Positions 56,370-64,000 of a stretch of 64,000 nt of DNA are shown here, piece by piece. Source of the DNA: a virus (lineage: Duplodnaviria > Heunggongvirae > Uroviricota > Caudoviricetes); the IMG/VR virus record IMGVR_UViG_3300021467_000082, one strand, 5' to 3'. Every line of letters starts with the position of its first letter. Position 1 is the first letter of the stretch. The translations under genes were made by a program, and so were the position numbers. Below the pieces are notes generated by a model that was given only the letters and a program-made list of their open reading frames with translations, did no database searches and was not told where the DNA came from.

Positions 56370-56490
56370 CTATAAACTCAATGTATAAACTTAATATATA
56401 AACTTAGTATATATACTGAGTTTATAAACTCAGTGTATAAATTTAGTATACAAATTCAGTTCATATACTCAGTTCACAAACTGAGTATAT
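56370..56490. repeat. iteron-like array: about 8 imperfect 13-bp direct repeats (CTCAGTGTATAAA / CTGAGTTTATAAA / TTAGTATATA...)
   Basis: Seen in sequence, immediately upstream of the only plus-strand gene and at the strand-switch point. Confidence 0.65.
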
Positions 56491-56591
56491 AAATTTACCA
56501 TTTTTTTCATGTTTATCACTTTTTAGTTTACAAACTCTATTTTTTGTGCTATAATATATAAAGGTACAAGTAAATCTGTGCCAAATTCAAT

Positions 56592-56597
56592 AGGAGG
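56592..56597 (+). promoter_or_regulatory. Shine-Dalgarno AGGAGG for the 56606 plus-strand gene
   Basis: AGGAGG 8 nt upstream of ATG. Confidence 0.7.
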
Positions 56598-56605
56598 TAT
56601 AGATT

Positions 56606-57076
56606 ATGATATTCGTATTTTACAATGAAGAATATGATGCGTACAAATTTATGTTTAATACTAATGGCGTATTAAATACGGTGGCTAATGAGAAATTAGT
56701 TAGTGTCATTGAAGGGGATAGGAATGATTTAAAAACTATTAAAAAGCTTCTCCAAACTCCTAGCGGCTGGGCGCCGGCTAGTGAACAGGTAAAAAAATTC
56801 ATATTTAATAGAGAAATGGATGTAACTGTTACAATTGCTATGTACAAAGATAGAATGTTCATTTCTTTATCTGATATTGCACAAACAAAACGTTACTTGC
56901 GTAGGGAATTGTATTATGATGTTAAGACGGATTATATTGAATATTGTCTTTCATCGCATAAATTTGCCGAAATGATTAATTCCTTGGAGAGATTTCATAT
57001 TAAGCACTCCGTTTATCAATTAAATGATGAATCAAGGCAAATTTTAGCCGGTTTTGAGGAGTACAAAAAACCTTAA
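56606..57076 (+). CDS. hypothetical protein; the only convincing plus-strand gene in the window
   Basis: ORF track, 156 aa; strong RBS; low-GC codon usage like the rest of the window. Confidence 0.65.
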   Translation: MIFVFYNEEYDAYKFMFNTNGVLNTVANEKLVSVIEGDRNDLKTIKKLLQTPSGWAPASEQVKKFIFNREMDVTVTIAMYKDRMFISLSDIAQTKRYLRRELYYDVKTDYIEYCLSSHKFAEMINSLERFHIKHSVYQLNDESRQILAGFEEYKKP

Positions 57077-57199
57077 TTTTGTTATAAAAATTAGCCAATT
57101 TCACATCAATTTTTTGAATTTTGTTTCCAAAGAATAGTGTATTCGACATGAAATCAGCCGTTTTGTTACGTAAATTTAAACGGGTTAAGCGTAAATTTT

Positions 57200-57439
57200 T
57201 CATTTTGTTTTTACCATATTTTCCAGGACAAATTCCAACGTTTTATCCGCCAAGACGGTCATTTCAGATAATGTCTTGGATAAATAGGATGTCCATTCAT
57301 CTATTTGTTCTTTTGGTATTTCTATATCATTTTGAACTATAGCCCCGGCCATGGCAATCTTATTCCCTATTTGACGCCATGTTTTAAACAGCCTTTCCCT
57401 CATTACAGTCTTCTCATCTAATTCCTTATGTATTTCCAT
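57200..57439 (-). CDS. hypothetical protein
   Basis: ORF track, 79 aa. Confidence 0.4.
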   Translation of the reverse strand: MEIHKELDEKTVMRERLFKTWRQIGNKIAMAGAIVQNDIEIPKEQIDEWTSYLSKTLSEMTVLADKTLEFVLENMVKTK

Positions 57440-57780
57440 TACTTCACCCCCTCTGTATCTAGTCTTTTCTTATATTTCTTTACTATTTTCTCTAACTTCT
57501 CCTTTTCTCTTTTCATTATATGTTTTATTCTGTATTCCGGTTTCAAAGAACTTTCTACTTCTTCTTCATAATACTTTTCTTGTGGTGTTTTATATTCATC
57601 TGGATCAATTTCCAATGGTTCTACTTTAGGCTTTTTCACTTGACTTGATTTACTTTCCTTTCCAAAGCGATAACCAATCCAGCCCGCCAAAAGAGATACT
57701 AGGGTTATGCAAAATAATTCGGGTGAATACAAAATACTAAACAATAATAAAAATAATACTATATAGCCCATATCCATCAC
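57439..57780 (-). CDS. membrane protein (N-terminal TM) with a K/E-rich tail
   Basis: ORF track, 113 aa; SD GAGGTG upstream. Confidence 0.5.
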   Translation of the reverse strand: MMDMGYIVLFLLLFSILYSPELFCITLVSLLAGWIGYRFGKESKSSQVKKPKVEPLEIDPDEYKTPQEKYYEEEVESSLKPEYRIKHIMKREKEKLEKIVKKYKKRLDTEGVK

Positions 57781-57850
57781 CTCATACTCTGCAATTGGAT
57801 TTGTGTGGATGATAAATTTAAACGGGTTTGATGTAAATTTTTTTGTTTAT

Positions 57851-57887
57851 GATTAAAAAATGGGGAATCCCCATATGGGGACTCCCC
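57851..57887 (-). terminator. 26-bp near-perfect palindrome GGGGAATCCCCATATGGGGACTCCCC, followed on the minus strand by ATTTTTTAAT; rho-independent terminator of the high-GC block
   Basis: Seen in sequence; lies exactly at the compositional boundary. Confidence 0.6.
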
Positions 57888-57926
57888 TGGTTTAGGCGTG
57901 CTACTTAGTAGTACGAAAGTTGAAAC

Positions 57927-58652
57927 TTACATAGCGAATGGATCGGGCGTTGCTACTGCTTGGCCCTGAGTGTTTACAGGCGCTGTTTGGCCTTGGTTGG
58001 CCTGGGCGAGCTGTTCCTGCAATGCCCTAATCTGCGCTTCCAGTGCATTCAGTGCTTCATTGCCTTGAGCTGTGGGCGCAGCGGGTGCTCCAGGCTGTGT
58101 CATGGTCTGTGGCCCTAGGAATCCCTGGCCTTTGATGAAGACCCTGGCATTTCCATACATGCCGGTCTGGGCAACCACAGCAGGATTATAATCCACGAAC
58201 GGCTGCGCATCGACATGCAGCAAGTATTCAGCTGTGACAGTGCAATTAGGCGGCAATAGGCCTTCCGCCTTGGCACGCTGAATATTGGCATTGATCCTGG
58301 CACTCAGCTCTTTCATCGAATCTCTACCGAATTCGAACTTATCGACATGAACGGTAGTAATTCGATATATTTCTCTTTTACCATTGGCCTTTACCCTGCC
58401 GGTGTCGATGGAGTGGGATTTCAGTCTACCCATTACATTGATGCAGCGGCCTTTCTTCAGATATAGTGCAGCCATTTGGGCATACTTACCCCAGAATACC
58501 AGGGTATATTCATCCCTTATATCCCGGCCATCTCTTGTCTTGCTATTGTGGATAGCAGTGAGAATGGTCCTATGCTTGCTGGGATCATTGTGAGGGAAGA
58601 AAGTAGGATTACCGGCCACATAAACGTTGGACAATTGTACGATATTACTCAT
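57927..58652 (-). CDS. ssb: single-stranded DNA-binding protein with Q/A/P-rich linker and a C-terminal ...TPDPFAM tip
   Basis: OB core EYTLVFWGKYAQMAALYLKKGRCINVMGRLKSH...YRITTVHVDKFEF closely parallels the bacterial SSB consensus. Confidence 0.8.
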   Translation of the reverse strand: MSNIVQLSNVYVAGNPTFFPHNDPSKHRTILTAIHNSKTRDGRDIRDEYTLVFWGKYAQMAALYLKKGRCINVMGRLKSHSIDTGRVKANGKREIYRITTVHVDKFEFGRDSMKELSARINANIQRAKAEGLLPPNCTVTAEYLLHVDAQPFVDYNPAVVAQTGMYGNARVFIKGQGFLGPQTMTQPGAPAAPTAQGNEALNALEAQIRALQEQLAQANQGQTAPVNTQGQAVATPDPFAM

Positions 58653-58742
58653 TTGGAACCTCCTTTTAATGTAATGTTTGTTTATGGTTGAAATGCTTTT
58701 CTTTTGGCTACAATGTTTGTTGTAGCACGCCTAAACTCCTCA

Positions 58743-59222
58743 TCAATCGGTCTGAGCCGCTATTAGCGGGTCTATCATTTGAACAACCCACTCTTCTTCA
58801 GACTCTTCGTTGCGACAGACCGAAAACTGTACTTCCTGACGCGTAATAGGTATGGACAGATCCTCTCCGGATTCATTTTGAATGCAGAAGTCAACGTCCC
58901 ACTTTGCTTTCTTTTTGTTTCTTGCGATAACTACGCTGAGTCCATATACGCATCCTACCATTGGCAGTAAATATTCATGTTCCTGTAGCCATTCGCTGAA
59001 TTTGGCGTGATCGAACATGAATGTGAATTCGTATAAATATCTATTATTGTCGATGTCTATTACTTTTATTTTACTCTCAATCACCACTCCAATCGGTCTC
59101 TCCGAACGGAGGGTCGAGTCCGAGGAAATCGTACCATTCTTCAGCATCTTCTCTAAATTCGATGCCGCTTTGATCAATGTCTTCCTCAGGTACACATCCG
59201 ATATATTCTTCGTAATCATCAT
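58743..59222 (-). CDS. hypothetical protein (true start may be an internal Met; overlaps the next ORF)
   Basis: ORF track, 159 aa; high GC. Confidence 0.4.
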   Translation of the reverse strand: MMITKNISDVYLRKTLIKAASNLEKMLKNGTISSDSTLRSERPIGVVIESKIKVIDIDNNRYLYEFTFMFDHAKFSEWLQEHEYLLPMVGCVYGLSVVIARNKKKAKWDVDFCIQNESGEDLSIPITRQEVQFSVCRNEESEEEWVVQMIDPLIAAQTD

Positions 59223-59511
59223 TCACCTCCTTTATTTCTTCGATTGGTTCATATTCGTCCATCAGTGCCAATTGGTGCATTTGCTCTTCGATCATTGCTA
59301 TTTTCATCAGAGCTACATCTTTTGGCAATATTCTTAATGGTTTATTGGAACTTGGGTCGAGAATGAACATGACTTCATCCCCGACCCGGAATCCTTCATT
59401 GTCAAAGGTAGCGACTCCACCTGGGATCTTCGCTTTTATCTTGGTTTTATCTTTGCTTACCCATATCACGGTTCCGGAATAAGCTTTAGTCCAATCCATC
59501 TGTACCTCCAA
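59077..59511 (-). CDS. acidic hypothetical protein
   Basis: ORF track, 144 aa. Confidence 0.45.
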   Translation of the reverse strand: MEVQMDWTKAYSGTVIWVSKDKTKIKAKIPGGVATFDNEGFRVGDEVMFILDPSSNKPLRILPKDVALMKIAMIEEQMHQLALMDEYEPIEEIKEVNDDYEEYIGCVPEEDIDQSGIEFREDAEEWYDFLGLDPPFGETDWSGD

Positions 59512-60037
59512 AGTAATTCAATACGAAATCTGGAATTCCAGCTTGGTCAACTTCTGGAATTTCCATGTCATCAGTTTGAGACGCCGCCTGCGTTTGTGCA
59601 AACTGATTCATTTGAGGAGTAGGCTGATATTGCTGCGTAGCAGGCTGGGTAGGCTGGGCTGGACGATAAGCTGGCGTTCTGGCTGGATAAAATTGACCAT
59701 CTTGAATGCGGCCTGTGAACTGGTCCAGAGCGGTGTTTATGATCCATGCAATCTTGGAACCGGCTCTCGCCATTTTGGCATATTCACTGCCTTTATTTGG
59801 ATTTTGCTCAAGAATCCTGATGGTTATTGTCTGACCATTGATCATCAGGGGAATATCAAATCCTCTCAATGTAGCCTGGCCAGTTACAGAGTTCTTAAAC
59901 CAACGGCCACGACATCTACCATTGATAATTGCCGGATGGACCAATTCTACCGTAGTAATGTCGCTATTGACGGCCTTGCTCTCAAAAATCAGAGCCCACG
60001 CCTTCTTAACCAATGCCATTTTTTCTTGATTTGTCAT
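59486..60037 (-). CDS. hypothetical protein with a Q/P-rich linker and acidic ...DDMEIPEVDQAGIPDF segment
   Basis: ORF track, 183 aa. Confidence 0.5.
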   Translation of the reverse strand: MTNQEKMALVKKAWALIFESKAVNSDITTVELVHPAIINGRCRGRWFKNSVTGQATLRGFDIPLMINGQTITIRILEQNPNKGSEYAKMARAGSKIAWIINTALDQFTGRIQDGQFYPARTPAYRPAQPTQPATQQYQPTPQMNQFAQTQAASQTDDMEIPEVDQAGIPDFVLNYFGGTDGLD

Positions 60038-60055
60038 CTTGTACCTCCTCTGTTT

Positions 60056-60817
60056 TTATTTACAATCAAACGCTTCATAGGCCGTGAGATAATATTTATT
60101 ATCTACCTTTTGGCCTATTACGCCTTCGTCAATTCGGGCCATGAGCCGCTCTATCTCGTCTATCTCAATTTCTTTGGTCAGCGCTGCGATGGTTGATAAT
60201 TCTGCCGCGGCGTTGGTGCCATTCAGTTGTAGCTCTTCTTTCACTTTGTTTGGCATTTTAGGCATAATGTGTTGAAAGACGTTTAGTATTAATTGGCCCA
60301 GATAACCCATTTCTTCTATTCTTGGCAGATTGTGATGTGCTAGATAATCTGCCATTAGGGCTAGGCCGTTTTCAGTGGCTTGTACCTCATATTCTCTTGG
60401 CAGCTCGTCTAGTTGTGCCAATTGTGGTTCTTCTTTCAATTGCCATGCATGAATCAGTTCATGATAGAGTCCATAAACTAGGGACATCCAGACGGCAGCA
60501 CTTAGTCTGATGCCTCTTCTAATCCACGTCGCGTCAGTAATTACTGCGTCCATATTAATTAGTATTGTCTTGGACTTAGGGGCAAATCCAGCAAACCCTC
60601 CCATATCCTTCAATTGAATTTCTCTTCCTTCCTTCAATTTAAATTTGTCTGTAGCCTTGCCGATTAGAATTTCATCAACAAGGCTTTCGTCTATGGATTG
60701 GGTTAGTTCTGTAAACTGCTTGGGCAATTCTACTGTTGTCAATATTACCATTTCTACACCTCCTTTTTTATTATTATCGTTAATTCGGGATGAGCCGATA
60801 TTGGCGAGTTGATTCAT
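60056..60817 (-). CDS. putative zinc metallopeptidase (HExxH)
   Basis: YHELIHAW (HELIH motif). Confidence 0.5.
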   Translation of the reverse strand: MNQLANIGSSRINDNNKKGGVEMVILTTVELPKQFTELTQSIDESLVDEILIGKATDKFKLKEGREIQLKDMGGFAGFAPKSKTILINMDAVITDATWIRRGIRLSAAVWMSLVYGLYHELIHAWQLKEEPQLAQLDELPREYEVQATENGLALMADYLAHHNLPRIEEMGYLGQLILNVFQHIMPKMPNKVKEELQLNGTNAAAELSTIAALTKEIEIDEIERLMARIDEGVIGQKVDNKYYLTAYEAFDCK

Positions 60818-60888
60818 TTGTCTGTGGCGTACCTATTCATTTGGTAGGTAGCCACAGACGTAGATCTTCACCGGGACGCTGACCCTTC

Positions 60889-61398
60889 TTATTTATGGCA
60901 GACTATAAACCTGTCGTCCAGGATTGGTTCTAATATTGGCTTCACCTCCCTTCTCCAGTCTAATTCTCCGGCCCCGCAACCAGGTCGAGGCATATACACT
61001 TCTGTAATTCCGAATTTATCAATCATCATCCTCAATTCAATTGTACTTTTGCGGATTATGTCAATATCCGCTCTGGCGGCCCAACCAGGAACTGTATCAC
61101 CTAATCTAAACTTGGCCGCCATATGCCTCACTACATTATTACCATTGTTAATAACTTTATCTGGTTTAACGGGAAATGAAATTAAGTGTTTACCGTCTAA
61201 TTGTTTGCCTAAGTAAATGACTCTATTACCATAGCGCTTAATAGCTTGGCCTAATGTATAGGCTATTCGAGGATAACGCTGTGTGGCCTCTTTTGCGCAT
61301 CCCCGACCCATAACACATTGGCCATTTGTTTTAACGAATCCATTTGTGGTTATTACAACTGTTCTACCATCCCATATATCACCTTGTCGTTCTATCAC
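60889..61398 (-). CDS. macro-domain-like protein
   Basis: GDIWDGRTVVITTNGFVKTNGQCVMGRGCAKEA and VYMPRPGCGAGELDW resemble macro-domain ADP-ribose-binding loops. Confidence 0.5.
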   Translation of the reverse strand: MIERQGDIWDGRTVVITTNGFVKTNGQCVMGRGCAKEATQRYPRIAYTLGQAIKRYGNRVIYLGKQLDGKHLISFPVKPDKVINNGNNVVRHMAAKFRLGDTVPGWAARADIDIIRKSTIELRMMIDKFGITEVYMPRPGCGAGELDWRREVKPILEPILDDRFIVCHK

Positions 61399-61933
61399 TT
61401 TTACACCTCCTTTCTCTATTCAACCTATTCATATTTTTCAGTGTTATTATGCCTCCCAGTATGAACTGCTCTGGCTCTGTTACTTTTTTGTTAACAAATG
61501 TTATGAAGTCATTTACCGACATTAGATCGACGGTTAACAAATGTTTCTCGCCTTTCCTATCGGTTCCGACTTGATATATTTTACCTTCGTGCATTGTGAA
61601 TGTCACTCCATCTATTTTAACGTCAATGCCATTCCATAATGCTTTTAGGACTGTTACTATTGGCGGAATATTCATTTGACACCCCTTTTCATATAAATGA
61701 ATTAATGGTTTCAAGTAGCGAGCGGAGCGGGGTAGCAGAGCACTTCGGCGGGTGGGTCGCACTTGTGCGGATGAGCCGTACACCCATGGTTTTTTCACCA
61801 CCGATTTGCCCACCCTAAGTGCTCTGCTATTATTCATGTTCACCTCCTTTCGTTTAGAATGGTTAGAATGGGCAGTCATCATCATCCACAACAGCATTGG
61901 CAAATAGATCAAGCGGCACCGCCTCGCCATCAT
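61379..61933 (-). CDS. hypothetical protein
   Basis: ORF track, 184 aa. Confidence 0.45.
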   Translation of the reverse strand: MMARRCRLIYLPMLLWMMMTAHSNHSKRKEVNMNNSRALRVGKSVVKKPWVYGSSAQVRPTRRSALLPRSARYLKPLIHLYEKGCQMNIPPIVTVLKALWNGIDVKIDGVTFTMHEGKIYQVGTDRKGEKHLLTVDLMSVNDFITFVNKKVTEPEQFILGGIITLKNMNRLNRERRCKSDRTTR

Positions 61934-62621
61934 CTGACTTGACCGATGCTCCGGCGCCTGGTTGGGCCACAGGGCTAGATTGCGGAGGTCGCTGCATCAA
62001 CGAGTTTACCACTTGTTGCAGCTGGATAAGCTGCGCCTGCAAAGCCTGAATGTCCGCTGTGGGTTGCTGTGGCTCAGGCGCTGTGCCCACTTCAGCCACT
62101 TTGCGAGGATGGGAGATTATTTTGATGGAATCGCCGTATTCCGTGAATACAGATAGGGATATCTCTACGGCGGCCTCCCCTGCCCTGGTTTGGAAGGGAA
62201 TCAGTATTGGCTGATGATTCATAACAATTATCTCTACCAACGCGCCCTTCCTCATGTTCTCATGTTCGGTTGGGATTTCCGGAGGAGTGTGGATGCTAGC
62301 CCCAAAACCAAACACCTTAAATCGATAATACGGCCTGAGGCCGCCAGTGGAGGCCCTATGCTTCTCATACCTCTCCTTTTCCTTATCAGTTAGCATTGGA
62401 TAAATGGTTCCCTCAGAAATAGCCATTGTTTTCTGGCCATCCCTGGTAGTCAACCACTGAAGTGGGCTATGGCACTGTGGACATGTACTATGGGTGAAAT
62501 GCGAGTACATCTTTCCACATTGCGGACACTTCATATCCCATAGATAATTATCATGCCCCAAATACCCTCTAATCTTCATTGCGAAATTCACATGCATCTT
62601 CTGGTCCTGTCTTGTTGCCAT
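61863..62621 (-). CDS. zinc-ribbon protein with a Q-rich linker and canonical SSB-like acidic C-terminus (DDDDCPF)
   Basis: CPQCGKMY...CPQCH ribbon; QALQAQLIQLQQ linker; terminal DDDDCPF. Confidence 0.5.
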   Translation of the reverse strand: MATRQDQKMHVNFAMKIRGYLGHDNYLWDMKCPQCGKMYSHFTHSTCPQCHSPLQWLTTRDGQKTMAISEGTIYPMLTDKEKERYEKHRASTGGLRPYYRFKVFGFGASIHTPPEIPTEHENMRKGALVEIIVMNHQPILIPFQTRAGEAAVEISLSVFTEYGDSIKIISHPRKVAEVGTAPEPQQPTADIQALQAQLIQLQQVVNSLMQRPPQSSPVAQPGAGASVKSDDGEAVPLDLFANAVVDDDDCPF

Positions 62622-62986
62622 GATAACTCCCCCTTTCTCTTATCTATAGATTTGGTCAACCTCTTCAAATGACCCCGTCAATTCTGCCAATTCTAAACAA
62701 TACTCGTATTGGCAGTCCAAACACTCCTTACATTCAGTTGGTGTGTTATCACAATATTCACACCATGGGATTGCAGGGATTGGAGCGTTGTGGTACTCTA
62801 TTTCAGCCATTTTTCTCCTCCTTTCGAGATTTATAGGTATTATATGCCCTAAGTGCCTTATCCTCTATCTCCCCGTCTGAAAACACCTCCTCTCTATCGG
62901 GTTTGGCCGTTACGACACCCGTAAAACTCCTATTAACTATTTCTTGGATTTTTTCTAGTGGGAATAAGTTTTTCATGCTCCACCTC

Positions 62987-63370
62987 CTATTTTATTAGTT
63001 GGAATGTAAATACGGACAATCTGTTAGTTTTTCGCTTATCGACCTCTGACACCTTATAACCACGATTGATTAAAATGCGCCTCATCCTCCATAGTGCCAG
63101 AGCAATACCGTCCTTAGGAGTGCAGAAGCGCTCCGGTCTTTTCACCCTTTGCCAGGTTTTCCCATTGTCAAGGGATCTAGACGGAATAGACCAGCGTTTG
63201 AAAACACGATTGTAAGTCTGTCGATAAATAACTCTCATGATTATACCTCCTTTCCTAGGCCCGAAGATCAACTGGCCTGCCCTCCTTTGTGTGTGGCAGG
63301 TAGAGTACTGGCCGCTCCTCTGGTTTTTCGGTCTTGGAACAGTGCGCCAACCTAAAATACTTAGCCCCAA
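62987..63370 (-). CDS. basic hypothetical protein
   Basis: ORF track, 127 aa. Confidence 0.4.
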   Translation of the reverse strand: MGLSILGWRTVPRPKNQRSGQYSTCHTQRRAGQLIFGPRKGGIIMRVIYRQTYNRVFKRWSIPSRSLDNGKTWQRVKRPERFCTPKDGIALALWRMRRILINRGYKVSEVDKRKTNRLSVFTFQLIK

Positions 63371-63441
63371 TTAATATCTCCTTATGTCTATGCATGTGAC
63401 CACCTCCTCCTCGGTTGTCTCATTGGTTATAAATAAGTCGA

Positions 63442-63633
63442 TTATAAGTTTTTAACGTTAATCTTCACCTCCTTTCCGTCTACCACTTCAAAGTGGCCGT
63501 ATTGAACATCCTTGTAGCCGGCCCGGCGCAGGCTCAAGATATCACCAAGAATATCCTTACCCCTGCCGGATATACTCAAATAGTTCCATGGTGAATTAGC
63601 ATCTTCCCTATATCTTACATTATAAATTCTCAT
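63442..63633 (-). CDS. hypothetical small protein
   Basis: ORF track, 63 aa. Confidence 0.35.
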   Translation of the reverse strand: MRIYNVRYREDANSPWNYLSISGRGKDILGDILSLRRAGYKDVQYGHFEVVDGKEVKINVKNL

Positions 63634-63736
63634 AACAACCTCCTAACCAAGTAATCTATTAGATATCATTATATAAAACATGACAACCGCGAAATACTCC
63701 GTTAATGTCAAGCCTTGACAAACCTCAATTTGGGCA

Positions 63737-63949
63737 TTAATGAATTCTGTCATTACCTCCATAGAACCCTCCTTGCCCTCTGGCCTTGACTCCGACGTAT
63801 TCTCCACCATAGTTTATCTCCCCTTTGAAACTGAATTGTCCATCATGCAGAAATAACTTAGACAATGCCCAATTAGCGAATTTCCTCATTATTTGCCTCC
63901 TTTTCTTCTTCAGGGTGAAATACACCACATTGCGCACAATGGCCGACAT
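63737..63949 (-). CDS. hypothetical small protein
   Basis: ORF track, 70 aa. Confidence 0.35.
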   Translation of the reverse strand: MSAIVRNVVYFTLKKKRRQIMRKFANWALSKLFLHDGQFSFKGEINYGGEYVGVKARGQGGFYGGNDRIH

Positions 63950-63962
63950 CTCTTAGGTCATA

Positions 63963-63991
63963 AGGTAGGCGTACCCCCCCCCCGCCTACAT
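63963..63991. repeat. inverted repeat GTAGGCG ... CGCCTAC flanking a 10-C homopolymer
   Basis: Seen in sequence near the window end. Confidence 0.5.
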
Positions 63992-64000
63992 CACTTGCAA

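Noticed and set aside
55000-56550. Possible CRISPR array in the repeat-rich region
   Set aside because: The repeats are short (9-19 bp) and heterogeneous across several families. They lack uniform ~30-bp spacers, and no cas genes are present.

Overview
This is a densely packed 64-kb segment of a large (probably jumbo) tailed phage. Almost all genes are on the minus strand, intergenic gaps are tiny, and most of the window is low-GC, with an abrupt higher-GC block from about 57.9 kb to the end.

Recognisable content, from the left:
- **tRNA cluster:** three tRNAs (Thr-UGU, Pro-UGG, Trp-CCA) interleaved with small ORFs.
- **DNA ligase:** an ATP-dependent DNA ligase split across two overlapping frames.
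- **Paralog family:** a tandem triplicated family of unknown function.
- **Transcription and recombination:** a sigma-70 family factor, a RuvB-like AAA+ ATPase, and an RNA polymerase subunit that is a beta (C-terminal half) fused to beta-prime (N-terminal half, DFDGD motif).
- **Amidoligase module:** a GNAT acetyltransferase, a RimK-like ATP-grasp enzyme, three (possibly four) GCS2/amidoligase-like paralogs (HIHIG motif) and two class-II glutamine amidotransferases with an N-terminal Cys. A second submodule holds a class-I GATase (C26/gamma-glutamyl hydrolase-like) and the third amidoligase, and a gamma-glutamyl cyclotransferase gene lies further right. This predicted gamma-glutamyl/amide-conjugation pathway is the most notable system in the window.
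- **Helicase with intein:** an SF2 helicase whose DECHH motif is interrupted by a 144-aa mini-intein.
- **RNA/tRNA repair island:** RtcB ligase, a Thg1-like 3'-5' polymerase, a canonical CCA-adding enzyme plus a second HD-domain paralog with a degenerate nucleotidyltransferase head, a further HD phosphohydrolase, a Nudix hydrolase and a vWA/Ro60-like protein.
- **Other products:** two SLOG+DUF4326-like paralogs and a macro-domain protein, two SSBs, an SLT lytic transglycosylase, an SPFH protein and a metallophosphoesterase.
- **Repeat hub:** an AT-rich region (54.4-56.6 kb) with several families of direct repeats, iteron-like 13-bp repeats and tiny hydrophobic peptide genes. It coincides with the only strand switch.
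- **High-GC block (57.9-64 kb):** an SSB, an HExxH peptidase-like protein, a macro-domain protein and proteins with SSB-tail-like acidic C-termini. It ends in an inverted repeat with a poly-C loop.
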